Of a DNA stretch of 51,011 nucleotides, positions 27,267-36,276 are shown in pieces. Under the pieces are notes generated by a model. The model searched no databases. It saw nothing but the letters and a program-made list of their open reading frames with translations, and was not told the origin of the DNA. Origin of the DNA: Candidatus Segetimicrobium genomatis. GTDB taxonomy: Bacteria > Sysuimicrobiota > Sysuimicrobiia > Sysuimicrobiales > Kaftiobacteriaceae. Position numbers and translations under genes: made by a program. Each line of letters starts with the position of its first letter. The stretch's first letter is position 1. The stretch is taken from contig VBAI01000006.1 in the NCBI GenBank assembly GCA_005882295.1, forward strand, positions 1 through 51,011. The letters run 5' to 3'.

Positions 27267-27808
27267 GGCCCCAGATCCCTGCGTGCACCGGCGGCGCCGT
27301 CTTCGTCCAGCTCCTGATGCTCGGAGGCCAGAATATCGAACCAGAGCCTGTCGTAGGTGCGTCCGTCGAGGTAGTGGCACTGCCGCTGCCGCCCGATGAG
27401 GTGCAGTTGTAGCCGATGTCCAATTTCAACCGACGGGTTGTGGACCACGGCCCAACTGCTGATGGCCCGCAGCCCCAGCTCGTGAAACCCCAAGCTGAGC
27501 ATCTTGGAAACGGCGCGGGTCGTGTACCGGCGGCGGGCGTAGGATTTGTCCCCCAGCACCGCCCAGGCCGTGGCTGTTTTGAAGTGGCGATCCACGTGGC
27601 TGAGGCCGACCACACCGATCAGGGTGTCATCGTCGTCTGCCGTGAAGACCCGCAGGACGTTCGCCTGCCGTTGCGCCATGATCTTGACGAGCGCCGGGGT
27701 AAAGTGCGGTAGGCCGCCGAAGTCCAGCCACTTGGAGTTCTCGGGATCCGCGAGCCAGTCCGCGACGAGCGCAATCAGCTTCGGCGAGTCAAGCGGGATG
27801 AGTCTCAT
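27263..27808 (-). CDS. GNAT N-acyltransferase (RimJ/RimL-like), paralogue b
   Basis: MRLIPLDSPKLIALVADWL...GVVGLSHVDRHFKTATAWAVLGDKSYARRRYTTRAVSKML...YDRLWFDILASEH. The start overlaps the adenylation gene stop by 20 nt. Confidence 0.7.
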   Translation of the reverse strand: MRLIPLDSPKLIALVADWLADPENSKWLDFGGLPHFTPALVKIMAQRQANVLRVFTADDDDTLIGVVGLSHVDRHFKTATAWAVLGDKSYARRRYTTRAVSKMLSLGFHELGLRAISSWAVVHNPSVEIGHRLQLHLIGRQRQCHYLDGRTYDRLWFDILASEHQELDEDGAAGARRDLGP

Positions 27809-29423
27809 GGCGTGCGGCCTCCGGCTGTCGGAACATTTCCGCCACGCGGCGGCGGTCGATCTTCCCGTTGGGATTGGTCGGCAACGTCTCTACCGACAAC
27901 CAACTGGCAGGGAGCATGTATGCGGGCAGGAGGCGGCTCAGTTCCCCGCGCAGCTCGGTCGGCGTCAGCGACCGACCGGGCAGCGGGACGTAGGCGCAGT
28001 AGATGCTGGCCCCCTCAAACCCCTCCGTCGGAAGTGCGATCACCGCGACCTCTTGCAGGATGCCGAGGGCATGCAGGGCGGCTTCGATCTCGCCGAGCTC
28101 GATTCGGTAACCGCGGCTCTTGATCTGTGCGTCCGCGCGTCCCAGGAAGTACACGAGGCCGTCCGTCCCCACCCTGGCCAGATCACCGGTCCTGTAGATC
28201 CGCTCCTCCGGGTGGGAACTGCGCGGATTGGTGAGAAATGCCGCGCGGGTCTTCTCCGGATCGCCCCAGTAGCCTGGGCTTAGGCCAACACCGCCGATGA
28301 AGAGCTCTCCGACCTCCCCTGCCGGAACCGGCCGGAGATCCTCGTCGAGCACATAGAGCACCTCGCCGTCGCATGGCTGGCCGATCGGGACCGGCGCGGC
28401 GTCCTCCGGGCAAGCCGGCACCGTGTAGTAGCTGCTGGCGACCGTTGTCTCTGTGGGGCCATAGAGGTTGGTAAAACGCACGCCCGGCAGCCGCCGCATC
28501 CAGTACATCAGCGCGGGGGTGGGCAGGACCTCGCCGCACCACATCACCCGTCGAAGGGCCCGAAAATCATGGACCCGCACCACATCGAACTTGGCCATGT
28601 AGTTCAGCGCCGACGGAACAGAAAACCATTGGGTCAACTCCGACCCTCGGATGAACTCGGCGAGTTTATTCGGCAGCACGTTCAACTCCGGGGGAACCAG
28701 GTGCAGCTCGGCACCGGCCGCAAACGTCCCGAAGATATCCAGCATGGAAAGATCGAAGTGCAGGGGGGAGTGGCCCGAGATCCGGTCCTGAGGGCGCATC
28801 TCAAAGTACGGCACGGCCCACTCGATGAAGGCGATCATGTTGCTGTGCGTAATCACCACGCCCTTCGGGACGCCGGTGGATCCTGAGGTGTAGAAGATGT
28901 GCGCCGGATCACGCCGCTGCGTGGATGCCGCCACGGGCGACCCCGCGTATCTGTCGAGGTCGCGCGCCGAGAAGTCTGCCCACACCGGCTCCGCCTGGGT
29001 CCCGTCGGACTGGACCCAGCCGACCCGGGTCGACTCACGCCACCCTTCGCCGGCCATCAGGGTCTCCAGGAGGCCGCCCACCGGGCCGGCGGCCAGCATC
29101 CAGCGCGGTTCGCAGGAGGCGATGATCTTGGCCAGCCGCGGCGCCGGGCCCGCCGGATCGAGTGGCACGTAGATTCCGCCAGCCTTGTAGATGGCGACGA
29201 TTGCCATGATCGCGATCGGGCTCTTGGGCATGAGCAGGCACACGCGGTCGCCGGGTTCGCATCCGGCGTCGAGCAGGCAGCGGGCCAGGCGGTTCGAAAG
29301 ATCTTCAAGTTCCCCGTAGGTCAACCGGTCCTCGCCCAGCACCACCGCTCCGGCGAAGGGCCGCTGCCGGGCCTGTCGGGTGACCCACTGGTCCAGGCGC
29401 TCCACGGAGGCTGCCCCGCTCAT
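27789..29423 (-). CDS. Stand-alone adenylation enzyme (ANL superfamily, NRPS A-domain/DltA-like)
   Basis: Core motifs YTSGSTGVPKGV, NLYGPTETT, YRTGDLAR, GRADAQIKSRGYRIELGEIE, PNGKIDRR. ATGA overlap at 29420-29423. Confidence 0.8.
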   Translation of the reverse strand: MSGAASVERLDQWVTRQARQRPFAGAVVLGEDRLTYGELEDLSNRLARCLLDAGCEPGDRVCLLMPKSPIAIMAIVAIYKAGGIYVPLDPAGPAPRLAKIIASCEPRWMLAAGPVGGLLETLMAGEGWRESTRVGWVQSDGTQAEPVWADFSARDLDRYAGSPVAASTQRRDPAHIFYTSGSTGVPKGVVITHSNMIAFIEWAVPYFEMRPQDRISGHSPLHFDLSMLDIFGTFAAGAELHLVPPELNVLPNKLAEFIRGSELTQWFSVPSALNYMAKFDVVRVHDFRALRRVMWCGEVLPTPALMYWMRRLPGVRFTNLYGPTETTVASSYYTVPACPEDAAPVPIGQPCDGEVLYVLDEDLRPVPAGEVGELFIGGVGLSPGYWGDPEKTRAAFLTNPRSSHPEERIYRTGDLARVGTDGLVYFLGRADAQIKSRGYRIELGEIEAALHALGILQEVAVIALPTEGFEGASIYCAYVPLPGRSLTPTELRGELSRLLPAYMLPASWLSVETLPTNPNGKIDRRRVAEMFRQPEAARHETHPA

Positions 29424-30430
29424 CGCGCCACCGCCTGGACGGCCCGCTCGAACACCGCCCGGGTATGGAGGAGGTCGTCCGCGCTGCGGGGGACGTCGAG
29501 GATGAAGACGCGGTGCCCGAGGCCGACATACCGGCCGACTTCTGCGGCCACCCGGTCGTAGCTCCCCACCAGATACGGGCAGTTCGTCTGGTAGTTCTGG
29601 AAGGGAACCATCCAGTACGGACTGGAGGGTCGCTCCTCCGTGGTGCCAGAGAGCTGGTGATGCCACACCGAATCCGACACCTTTGTCGCCAGTTGCCGGG
29701 TCAGCTGGCCCCGGCGGTCTTCCGGGAAGCGCGCCTGAGCAATCTCCCACGCCTCTCGCTCGTGCTCCCGCGCGATGATGCCGACCCTGACCCCAAACGG
29801 AATCCCCGGCGGCGGGGCGGCCTCGTCCTCAGCGGGTTGGGGATATTTGACAGCGGTCGCTCCGATCGCCCGCGCGGCGGCGAGGCCCGCCTCCGACGAT
29901 CCGGAGATGAAAATGCCTGGAAACAGCTCGACGGGTAGCGCCGGAGTGAGCTTCAACTTGTCGACAGTGTAAAACTCGCCGGCGTAACTCACGGGTTCCC
30001 CGGTGAGGAGTCGCTTGATGATCGTCGTGTACTCGGTGAGGCGATCGTACCGCTTGTCGTGCGGCGTGGGGTCACACAGGGCGAGCAGATCGTTCTTGAA
30101 GCCTCCGGCCACCATGTTGAGGTAGACCCGCCGTCCGTGCAAGTAGGCCAGCGAGGCCACCTGCTTGGCCACGGCGTATGGGTGCATATACACGGGCTGC
30201 ACCGCGACCAGCGGGCAGAGGTGGGTGGTGTGTTGAATGATCAGCTGCGCCACAAGCCAGGGGTCGACCTGACTGTTGTCCGAATACACGAGGATGCCGG
30301 TGCAACCGGCCTCGTCGCTCCAGCGCGCGACCTGGACGACATCCGCGCCATAGCGGTCGCGTACGGTGAGGCTACTGGCGGGACAGGTCGAAAAGAGTTC
30401 GACCGCGACATCACGGGCTCCGCGCTCCAT
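29420..30430 (-). CDS. Luciferase-like (LLM class) flavin-dependent monooxygenase
   Basis: VELFSTCP...GILVYSDNSQVDPWLVAQ...YLNMVAGGF...HDKRYDRLTEY is typical of the LLM fold. ATG at 30430; an alternative GTG at 30439 gives a GTGA overlap with the GT4 stop. The 220 upstream codons are rejected. Confidence 0.7.
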   Translation of the reverse strand: MERGARDVAVELFSTCPASSLTVRDRYGADVVQVARWSDEAGCTGILVYSDNSQVDPWLVAQLIIQHTTHLCPLVAVQPVYMHPYAVAKQVASLAYLHGRRVYLNMVAGGFKNDLLALCDPTPHDKRYDRLTEYTTIIKRLLTGEPVSYAGEFYTVDKLKLTPALPVELFPGIFISGSSEAGLAAARAIGATAVKYPQPAEDEAAPPPGIPFGVRVGIIAREHEREAWEIAQARFPEDRRGQLTRQLATKVSDSVWHHQLSGTTEERPSSPYWMVPFQNYQTNCPYLVGSYDRVAAEVGRYVGLGHRVFILDVPRSADDLLHTRAVFERAVQAVAR

Positions 30431-30435
30431 CTCAC

Positions 30436-31710
30436 TCACCCCATCACACCCCATCCACCGGGCGTCGTGCTCAGAAGGCCCCGCCGCCCCGCTCCGTCCA
30501 GCAGGGAGGCGTAGAGGGCGCCAGTCTCGGAAGCATAGCGCTGATCGGTGAAGAACTGCTCCACCCGCATCCTGCCGGCTGCTCCAAACCTCACCGCCAC
30601 CTCCTGGGTGTGCAGCAACCTGGTGATCGCAGCCGCCAGCGCCGGCGCGTCCCCCGGCGGCACGATCAGCCCAGTCATTCCGTCCTGAACAGCCTCCGCG
30701 TTGCCGCCCACGTCTGTGGCCACCACGGGGACGCCCGCGGCCATCGCCTCCAGCAGGGCGTTGGAAAGTCCCTCGCCTCCAACGGAAGGCAGCACGAACA
30801 CGGCAAGATCTGAGAGAATTTCCGGCACATCGACACGGAACCCCGTGAACACCACGCGATCGTTGAGGCCCAGACGCGCGGCGTACTGTTGCAGCTCCGC
30901 TCGGTAGGCAACGTCGTTCACGATGGCGCCATCTCTCTTCTGAAGCAAGTGGTCGCCGACGACCAGAAAGCGTGCCTGGGGGAGTCTCGCGGCCACCATG
31001 GCTGCGGCCTCGAGAAAGTGCTCCACGCCCTTCAGCCGGACCAGCCGGCAGACGACACCGACCAACGGCGCCTGAGGCGGTAGGCCCCACTCCTGCCGAA
31101 ACCGGCTCAACCCGGACCGCCGCGGGAACTTCGACAGATCAATACCCTGCCGGATCACCACGATCTTCCGCGGATCGAACCCATCTCCGATCAGGTACTG
31201 CCGCACCGCCTCGGCGTTGACCGTGATGCGGTGGGCCAGGCGGCAGACCAGCCGATGTGCCCGCTGTTGCAGCGGGGTAAGATAGCCGCCCGTATCCTGG
31301 ATCGAGGCCACGACGACAGGAGCACCCGCCAGCCGGGCTGCCGGAATGGCAAACGCGTTGGCGTAAAAGTTGTACGTGTGCACGATCTGGATCCGCTCCC
31401 GCCTCAGGTGCCGGGCGAAGCGGAGCCGTTCGCGCCAGGCGCGCACGCCGTGGAGCCTGGCGACCTCGTATTCGGCGATCGGAATTCCTCGATCCGCGAC
31501 TTCGCCGAGCAGTTCGCCCCATCGGCGCAGACACCCGAATTGCACGTCGAAGCGGACCGGATCGAGCGCCCTCGCCAGACTCACGGTCAGCCGCTCCGTC
31601 CCCCCGAGGGCAAAGTTCGGCAGGAATTGCAACACACGAATCCGGTCCGTCCGGACCCCGTCCCGCCCAGGCGCGTGGGTCTCGAGGCCTGCGGGCACGG
31701 TGCCGATCAT
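30436..31710 (-). CDS. Glycosyltransferase family 4
   Basis: IRVLQFLPNFALGGTERL and EGLSNALLEAMAAGVPVVATDVGGNAEAVQDGMTGLIV. ATGA overlap at 31707-31710. Confidence 0.8.
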   Translation of the reverse strand: MIGTVPAGLETHAPGRDGVRTDRIRVLQFLPNFALGGTERLTVSLARALDPVRFDVQFGCLRRWGELLGEVADRGIPIAEYEVARLHGVRAWRERLRFARHLRRERIQIVHTYNFYANAFAIPAARLAGAPVVVASIQDTGGYLTPLQQRAHRLVCRLAHRITVNAEAVRQYLIGDGFDPRKIVVIRQGIDLSKFPRRSGLSRFRQEWGLPPQAPLVGVVCRLVRLKGVEHFLEAAAMVAARLPQARFLVVGDHLLQKRDGAIVNDVAYRAELQQYAARLGLNDRVVFTGFRVDVPEILSDLAVFVLPSVGGEGLSNALLEAMAAGVPVVATDVGGNAEAVQDGMTGLIVPPGDAPALAAAITRLLHTQEVAVRFGAAGRMRVEQFFTDQRYASETGALYASLLDGAGRRGLLSTTPGGWGVMG

Positions 31711-33122
31711 CGTGGGGCCGCTGTCAGCGCGGGGGTGGGGAGTCCGGCCTCATAGACGGCGCCCACCGCTACCGCCAGCCCAGCGAAGTAGTAAAAGTAC
31801 AGATGATACGCGACCGGATACGCCAGCGCAGAGACCGTAAAGGCGACGAGCGAAATCCAGATCCCCCCGGCCAGCGCGGACAACTCGTGCAGTGCTGGGT
31901 CTCCGCCGCTGCGTCGAGCGATGCGCCCGGCGTGTCGCAGGCACCCGCCGAGTAAGAGGATGAACAGCGCCAGCCCAGGCCATCCGAGGTCCACCGCGTA
32001 CTCGAGATACACGTTGTGGACCGGCTGCCACATCGGACCCCGAAGCTGGTTGAGGACGAGGATATTGTTCCCGAGCCCGGCCCCGACGAGAGGGTGGCTC
32101 AGCGCAAACTCCATCGCGATCTGCATATCCCTGGCGCGTTCTTGGGACGACCCGGTGGGGTCACCAGCCACATGCGCGATGGTGGCAAGGCGGTCCACAT
32201 ACCCTGACGGCAACAGGGGCACGGCCACAAGCGCCAGGACCAGTGCCGCCGCCACCCACTTCCACGCGCGCTTCCGAGGCAACGCCCGAAGGGAGAGGGC
32301 CAGGCTGACCAGGAGCGTGACAAACCCGGTCCGGGAGAAGGTCGCGACAATCGCCGCCGCATTCAACACCATGAGGCCGATCAGCAGCCCGCGCGCGGCC
32401 GGCCGGCGGGTGACGCGCAGAAGCGCGGCCATCAGCGGCAGGATGAGGTTCAGCATCAACGCGAGGTCGCCGGGATCGCCCGTCAGCGCTGCACAGAGAG
32501 CGGGGGGATCGCAGAAGCCCACGATCCGGCCCGCAATCATGCGTTTCAAGATCAAGTTCACCACACCGGTAGCGGCGAGCGGCGTCGCCATGAGGCTGAG
32601 GCCCCATACCGCTGTGCGCAACCTGTCCAGGGTCGTGATCGTGCTACCGAGGAGCCAGAAGACGAGCATCGACCTTGGAAAAAGACTGCGCAGCGCCTGA
32701 GGGGTTGGGACAGGCCCGCTGGACAGCTCGGTGAGGACGAGTGGGGCGTCGCTTCCCGCGCCCGGTGACTGCGCTTGACTGTCCCCGCCCACCGCGGTGG
32801 AGAGCGGGAGCGACAAGGCAGCCCAGCCGAGCAATACCACGGCGATCCACACTTCGCGCGTGAACCGTATCAGCGGCCGCCGGTGAGTCACCTGCGTCCA
32901 GCAGTGCGCCGCCACGGCCAGCCCGCCGGTCAGCAGGGCGATGCGCAGGCGCGCGAGTTCGGGCAGGAACGTCTGCGGAGACAGCAGCAGCACCACTGTG
33001 AAGGACATCAGCGCCCAAAACGGCACGGCGCTCCCTCGCGCTCGCTCCGCGGCCAATCTCGGCAGGGCCGATGGAGGCGCGGCATGCGGCCGCCACCACT
33101 CCGTTCCTATGCTTTGGGTCAC
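31707..33122 (-). CDS. O-antigen ligase/polymerase-family membrane protein (Wzy-like)
   Basis: Multi-pass hydrophobic protein with the Wzy_C-like segment HNVYLEYAVDLGWPGLALFILLLGG. GTG start at 33122 (uncertain). Confidence 0.65.
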   Translation of the reverse strand: MTQSIGTEWWRPHAAPPSALPRLAAERARGSAVPFWALMSFTVVLLLSPQTFLPELARLRIALLTGGLAVAAHCWTQVTHRRPLIRFTREVWIAVVLLGWAALSLPLSTAVGGDSQAQSPGAGSDAPLVLTELSSGPVPTPQALRSLFPRSMLVFWLLGSTITTLDRLRTAVWGLSLMATPLAATGVVNLILKRMIAGRIVGFCDPPALCAALTGDPGDLALMLNLILPLMAALLRVTRRPAARGLLIGLMVLNAAAIVATFSRTGFVTLLVSLALSLRALPRKRAWKWVAAALVLALVAVPLLPSGYVDRLATIAHVAGDPTGSSQERARDMQIAMEFALSHPLVGAGLGNNILVLNQLRGPMWQPVHNVYLEYAVDLGWPGLALFILLLGGCLRHAGRIARRSGGDPALHELSALAGGIWISLVAFTVSALAYPVAYHLYFYYFAGLAVAVGAVYEAGLPTPALTAAPR

Positions 33123-33200
33123 GTACTTTGGGTCACGATGATCTGAGATGTTCGGTTTCGGCTCGCCGGGCCCGCCCGATCGTGACAGCTCGACGTCCTA

Positions 33201-33968
33201 TCACTCTGGTTCTGGATCTCGCGCCATGTCCTGAGAACCGTCGGCGCTCCCCGCCCCTGCCAGGGCCACGGCCCGGGGGGCGGCCCGGTGCCAGGGCTGC
33301 GCTGCTCGGGGGGTCCGGCATGCGTGGGGGGTTTCCCACGCTCGTCGCACGGTATTGAAGACAGAGAGCAAGAGCAGGCGGATATCCAGCCACAGGCTCA
33401 TGTGGTCGACATATTCTAGATCGTGGACAAGCTTCTCGTGGTTGTTCCTGATGGCGCGCGCACACACTTGGGCCATCCCGGTGAGGCCTGGGCGCACGCC
33501 GAACCGGCGGTTGAACCCGGGGATCCTGGGTTGATAGACTGCATACTCCTCCACCGGCATGGCCCTGGGACCCACCAGACTCATCTCCCCCCGCAGGATG
33601 TTGAGCACCTGCGGGAGTTCATCCAGTGCCATCGGACGGAGCAGACTGCCAACCCGTGTCACATGGTCCCGTCCAGGCAGCGTCCATGGGCGGACGACCC
33701 TGTCGGCCCCCCGCACCATCGTCCGAAACTTAATGACGGTGAACGGCTTGCCCCCCTTGCCCACCCGCAGCTGGGTGTAGAACACCGGTCCTCGATCATC
33801 CAGCCAGATGGCCAGCGGAATGACGACCCAGAGCAGCAGAAACACCGGCAGGAGCAAGAGGTGTGCGCCAACCACGACGCAGAGGTCGAAGACGCGCTTG
33901 TACGGCGGGTCGGCCTCCAGGTAAGTGTCTCGAGCCATACTCCTCTGGTGGGTAAGACTGGTCGCCAT
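33201..33968 (-). CDS. Polyprenyl-phosphate sugar-1-phosphate transferase (small bacterial sugar transferase, EpsL/WcaJ C-domain type)
   Basis: KRVFDL...PVFYTQLRVGKGGKPFTVIKFRTM...LDELPQVLNILRGEMSLVGPRA. GAGGT upstream of ATG 33968. Carries an atypical C-terminal tail of about 45 aa. Confidence 0.8.
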   Translation of the reverse strand: MATSLTHQRSMARDTYLEADPPYKRVFDLCVVVGAHLLLLPVFLLLWVVIPLAIWLDDRGPVFYTQLRVGKGGKPFTVIKFRTMVRGADRVVRPWTLPGRDHVTRVGSLLRPMALDELPQVLNILRGEMSLVGPRAMPVEEYAVYQPRIPGFNRRFGVRPGLTGMAQVCARAIRNNHEKLVHDLEYVDHMSLWLDIRLLLLSVFNTVRRAWETPHACRTPRAAQPWHRAAPRAVALAGAGSADGSQDMARDPEPE

Positions 33969-33980
33969 CCCTTTACCTCG

Positions 33981-34769
33981 CTAGGACTCGAGCCCGCTCC
34001 CTGTCGAGCCCCGTCCCCGGCGCCCGCCACGCCGGTGGTACCCGGAACTGTAATAGTACCCGTAGTAGCCGGAGAGTGGACGATCATCACCGTTGAAGAC
34101 GATACCAATGACCTTCGAGGGTTCCATCAGGTTCAACGCTTCCTCAATCAGCGGCCGGGGCGTCCGGTGCGCTGCGATGACCATCACAAACCCATCCACC
34201 CGGTCGGCAATCAGCCGAGAGTCCGGAACCGGCACCAGCGGGGGGGTATCCACCACGATGTAGTCGTACTGCCGCCGGGCCTGCTCCAGGATCGTATTGA
34301 GACGCGGCGACCTCAGCAGTTCGTAGGTCACCGTCAGCGCGCGGCCTGCCGGAACCATCGCCAGGCGGTGCCGCGGATGCTGGCGGACCACATCGCTCAG
34401 AGCAAGGTCGGGATCGAGCATGAGATCGACGAGCCCCGGGCTCTGGGCAGTCAACCCCAACCGATTGGCCAGCGACGGGGTGCGCAGATCGAGGTCCACA
34501 ACCAGAATGCGCGCCTCGGGGGCATGTGCCAGGGCCCCGGCGAGGTTGATGGCGGTCGTCGTCTTCCCGTCACCGGCAATAGGGCTGGTGACGGCGATCA
34601 CCCGTTTGGTGGCGTGGAGCTGCTCGAGTACATAGCGCAGGGTCCGGTACTGGTCGGCCTCAAACGAGGTGGGATCAACGAGACTGACCAGATGTCCGTC
34701 CAAGCCATTCTCGCGCCACGGGGACTCTTCAGGCTGTGCGCGAACCTGGGTCACAGGACTCCGCATCAT
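33981..34769 (-). CDS. BY-kinase (CpsD/EpsB-type tyrosine autokinase ATPase)
   Basis: Walker A VTSPIAGDGKTTTAINLA, Walker B-like YIVVDTPP, C-terminal Tyr cluster LSGYYGYYYSSGYH. GGAG upstream of ATG 34769. Confidence 0.8.
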   Translation of the reverse strand: MMRSPVTQVRAQPEESPWRENGLDGHLVSLVDPTSFEADQYRTLRYVLEQLHATKRVIAVTSPIAGDGKTTTAINLAGALAHAPEARILVVDLDLRTPSLANRLGLTAQSPGLVDLMLDPDLALSDVVRQHPRHRLAMVPAGRALTVTYELLRSPRLNTILEQARRQYDYIVVDTPPLVPVPDSRLIADRVDGFVMVIAAHRTPRPLIEEALNLMEPSKVIGIVFNGDDRPLSGYYGYYYSSGYHRRGGRRGRGSTGSGLES

Positions 34770-34820
34770 GCCCTGCTCCTCACTCGATTGGTCCCTGCCA
34801 CGCCAGAAACCACGGTGGCA

Positions 34821-36230
34821 TCAGAAGCGCCCGGTCGCGAGGAGCCGGACAAGGAGGTCATTTGAGCGGGCCAGATAGGCTGAGGCTGCGACCACAGTCA
34901 CGGCGGTGAGACCGGCGGCGAGGGCGCTCAGAAAGAACCGCAGGCGACGCCCGCGTGCATCCCCACCCGTGATAATCGGCGGAATGCTGACCAGCACGGG
35001 CACGCTGGTGAATGCGCGCAGGTCGTCGAGCGTGTGGAAGGACGTATCACGCGCCTCGGCCAGCCCGGCCACGCCGACGGCGCCCGCCGCCGACATCGCC
35101 AGCCCCACCAGCAGGATGAGGAGACGGCGCGGGGCCACCGGATGTTGGGGCGCCACCGCGGAGTCCAGGATGCGCAGTTGCCCGCCCTGCGGGCCCTGCT
35201 CCATCCGTTCTGCCAGCCGCGCCTCTTCGTAATGCTGCAGCAGTGACTGGTAGATCTGCTTCGTGGCCTCATACTCTCGGGAGAGCTGGAGATCCTCATC
35301 GGTGCGCGAGACGGGCGCGGTCCCCGGACCCGCGGCGGCGATGGTCCGCCGGAGCGCGCGTTCCTCGTCGCGGAGCGCGGTCAGCTGAGCTTCCACCTCG
35401 GCGATCCCGTCGCGCAACTGGCGTGCCTGGTTCGCGGAATAGGTTGCGATGGAGGTCGGCTGGGGGGAGCCGCTGACCTCGGTCAGGCGCTTGACGAGGC
35501 CGTCACGCCGTTCTCGTGCCTGGGCCTGTTTCTCGATGTTCACCCGCAACTGCCCGTTGAGCCGATCCATCGCCTGCGGGGTCGGGCCCTGCAGATTCAC
35601 AGGCGGCGCGGCACGGCCTCCCTGGCGCTCACTGAGCCTGCGCTCCAAACCCTCGAGCTGCAGCCTGGCATCCTCGAGCTGCACGCGCAGGAACTGAGTC
35701 GTGCCCGCGGCCTGCTGCTGGCGGATGTTGGCGTTCTCCTCGACGAAGAGCATGGCCAGCGCATTGGCCACCCGCGCCACGGTGTCGGGATCACGCCCCC
35801 GATAGCTCAGGTTGAGCGTGATGGTCCAGTCCCGCCCGATCGGGTCCCGAATCTCCTGGAACTGCAATCCGATGTCCCGGCGAAGGCGCGCCGCGATCTC
35901 CTCAGGGGTCGCCCGCGCGCGCAACTCCGGATAGAGGTTGTACTGCGTGATCAGCTCCACGAGGCGCGAGCGACTGAGAATCCGCTGGCTGATGGTGCGC
36001 AGCCTGGTCTCCAGCTCGCTGGCCACCGACGGACCAACCAGGCGCTCCTCGACCTGCTGAGGCTCCACGATCAGGGTCGCCGTCGATTCGTAGATCGGCG
36101 GCATGGCACGCGTCGCCCCTGCGGTCGCAGCCAGGGGGATCAGGAAGGCCAGGACGGCCAGCCACTTCCGGCGGTGCCACACCGCGAGCGCCGCATCAAA
36201 ACCGGAACGCGTCTGCAACGTATTCTGCAT
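34821..36230 (-). CDS. Polysaccharide co-polymerase / chain-length determinant (Wzz/GumC-like)
   Basis: N-terminal TM (WLAVLAFLIPLAATAG), a long coiled-coil periplasmic region, and a C-terminal TM pair. Adjacent to the BY-kinase. Confidence 0.75.
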   Translation of the reverse strand: MQNTLQTRSGFDAALAVWHRRKWLAVLAFLIPLAATAGATRAMPPIYESTATLIVEPQQVEERLVGPSVASELETRLRTISQRILSRSRLVELITQYNLYPELRARATPEEIAARLRRDIGLQFQEIRDPIGRDWTITLNLSYRGRDPDTVARVANALAMLFVEENANIRQQQAAGTTQFLRVQLEDARLQLEGLERRLSERQGGRAAPPVNLQGPTPQAMDRLNGQLRVNIEKQAQARERRDGLVKRLTEVSGSPQPTSIATYSANQARQLRDGIAEVEAQLTALRDEERALRRTIAAAGPGTAPVSRTDEDLQLSREYEATKQIYQSLLQHYEEARLAERMEQGPQGGQLRILDSAVAPQHPVAPRRLLILLVGLAMSAAGAVGVAGLAEARDTSFHTLDDLRAFTSVPVLVSIPPIITGGDARGRRLRFFLSALAAGLTAVTVVAASAYLARSNDLLVRLLATGRF

Positions 36231-36276
36231 GCTACGAGACTCCCGTCGTTGTCATCGTCAGGACCGGCCCATGCCG

